A DNA stretch of 63,637 nt, filler included, from Squatina squatina (Eukaryota), in assembly GCA_031763465.1 (NCBI GenBank). It is 4 parts of 4 records of this genome, joined end to end, with 100 filler letters (N's around TTAATTAATTAA, not from the genome) between each part and the next. Parts side by side here need not be neighbours in the genome. Positions count along the whole stretch, not along the records: positions 46,456 to 63,637 come from JARFOE010000073.1; 3 more parts are not named here. One strand, 5' to 3'. The notes below the pieces were generated by a model, which was not told where the DNA came from, searched no databases, and was given only the letters and a program-made list of their open reading frames with translations. This document shows positions 62,700 to 63,637 of this stretch, piece by piece (positions within the stretch are counted from its first letter, which is position 1; every line of letters starts with the position of its first letter). A program made the position numbers and the translations under genes.

Positions 62700-63070
62700 A
62701 GATCAATGTATAGCAGGCACTTCAAAGCACTGCAGAAATACCACCACCACTGCCTCTGCAATATCCTGCAAATCCACTGGCAGGATAGGCATACCAATTT
62801 CAGCGTCCTCTCTCAGGCCAAGGCACTGGTCACGCTCAACCAGCTGCGTTGGGTGGGCCACTTCGTCCATTTGCCTGACTCAAGACAGCCGAAACAACAC
62901 TATTCTGAGCTTCGTCACAGCAAGCGACTTACAGGAGGGCAGATGAAGCGCTTCAAGGATGTCCTCAAAGCCTCCCTGAAAAAAATGTAACAAGCCCACT
63001 GACTCCTGGGAATCTCTGGCCCAAGACTGCCCAAACTGGAGGAGAAGCATCCGCAAAGGTGCCAGTCACT
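62700..63070 (+). mobile_element. RTE-clade LINE fragment
   Basis: YSRHFKALQKYH..QLRWVGHFVHLPDSRQPK..GGQMKRFKDVLKASLKK. Confidence 0.85.
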
Positions 63071-63204
63071 TAGAGCAGGGGAACACCTGACTTGATTTGA
63101 ATAATATAGTCCTAGTTTATGCAGTATTTTAATATGGATGATTTTGCTTGTAGGTTGCAATTCTACAAAATACATGGATTGGCTACCATCTGTGAGGATC
63201 GTTT

Positions 63205-63637
63205 CATAGAAACATAGAAAATAGGAGCAGGAGTAGGCCCTTCGAGCCTGCTGCGCCATTCAATATGTTCTTGGCTGATCATCTAAATTCCTGTTCCTGT
63301 TTTCTCCCCATATCCCTTGATCCCTTTAGCAATAAGAACTATATCTAACTCCTTGAATAGTTTTAATGACTTGGGCTCAACTGCCTTCTGTGGTGGAGAA
63401 TTCCACAGGTTCACCACCCTCTGGGTGAAGAAATATTTCCTCATCTCAGTCCTAAATGGCTTACCCCGTATCCTGAGACTGTGACTTCTGGTTCTAGACT
63501 CCCCAACTAGGGGAAACATCCTCCCTGCATCTAGTCTGTCCAGCCCTGTCAGAATTTTATACATTTCAATCAGATCCCCTCTCATTCTTCTAAACTCCAG
63601 TGAATACAGGCCCAGTCGACCCAATCTCTCCTCATAC
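63205..63637 (-). mobile_element. Young CR1 LINE 3' end
   Basis: CATAGAAA tail repeats; open ORF2 C-terminus LGLYSLEFRRMRGDLIE..FFTQRVVNLWNS. Confidence 0.9.

Overview
Vertebrate DNA, most likely shark/chondrichthyan judging by its HE1/HER1-like, DeuSINE-like, CR1 and Penelope repeat content. The window is not one locus. It is at least four gapped scaffold pieces joined by an artificial N44-TTAATTAATTAA-N44 linker: 1-12464, 12565-33044, 33145-46355 and 46456-63637. Piece 1 holds three RIMS2 exons, a candidate 27-nt microexon and a 2.8 kb intronic 15-bp minisatellite. Piece 2 holds a decayed retroviral-type pol fragment, the large LRFN2 exon (apparently broken off before its FN3 domain), MITEs and Penelope-type termini with minimal hammerhead ribozyme motifs. 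Piece 3 holds a first exon and TATA box of a GPR139-like GPCR, then old nested LINEs inside a 39-bp satellite. Piece 4 holds three ALDOC exons, the LRRC75A-like last exon, an unidentified exon, a 35-bp palindromic satellite with higher-order structure, a CIMAP2/LEXM-like first exon with promoter, a CR1 5' end and RTE fragments. All gene and repeat family names rest on my recognition of motifs; no searches were run. Most long ORFs in the supplied track are repeat or gap artefacts.
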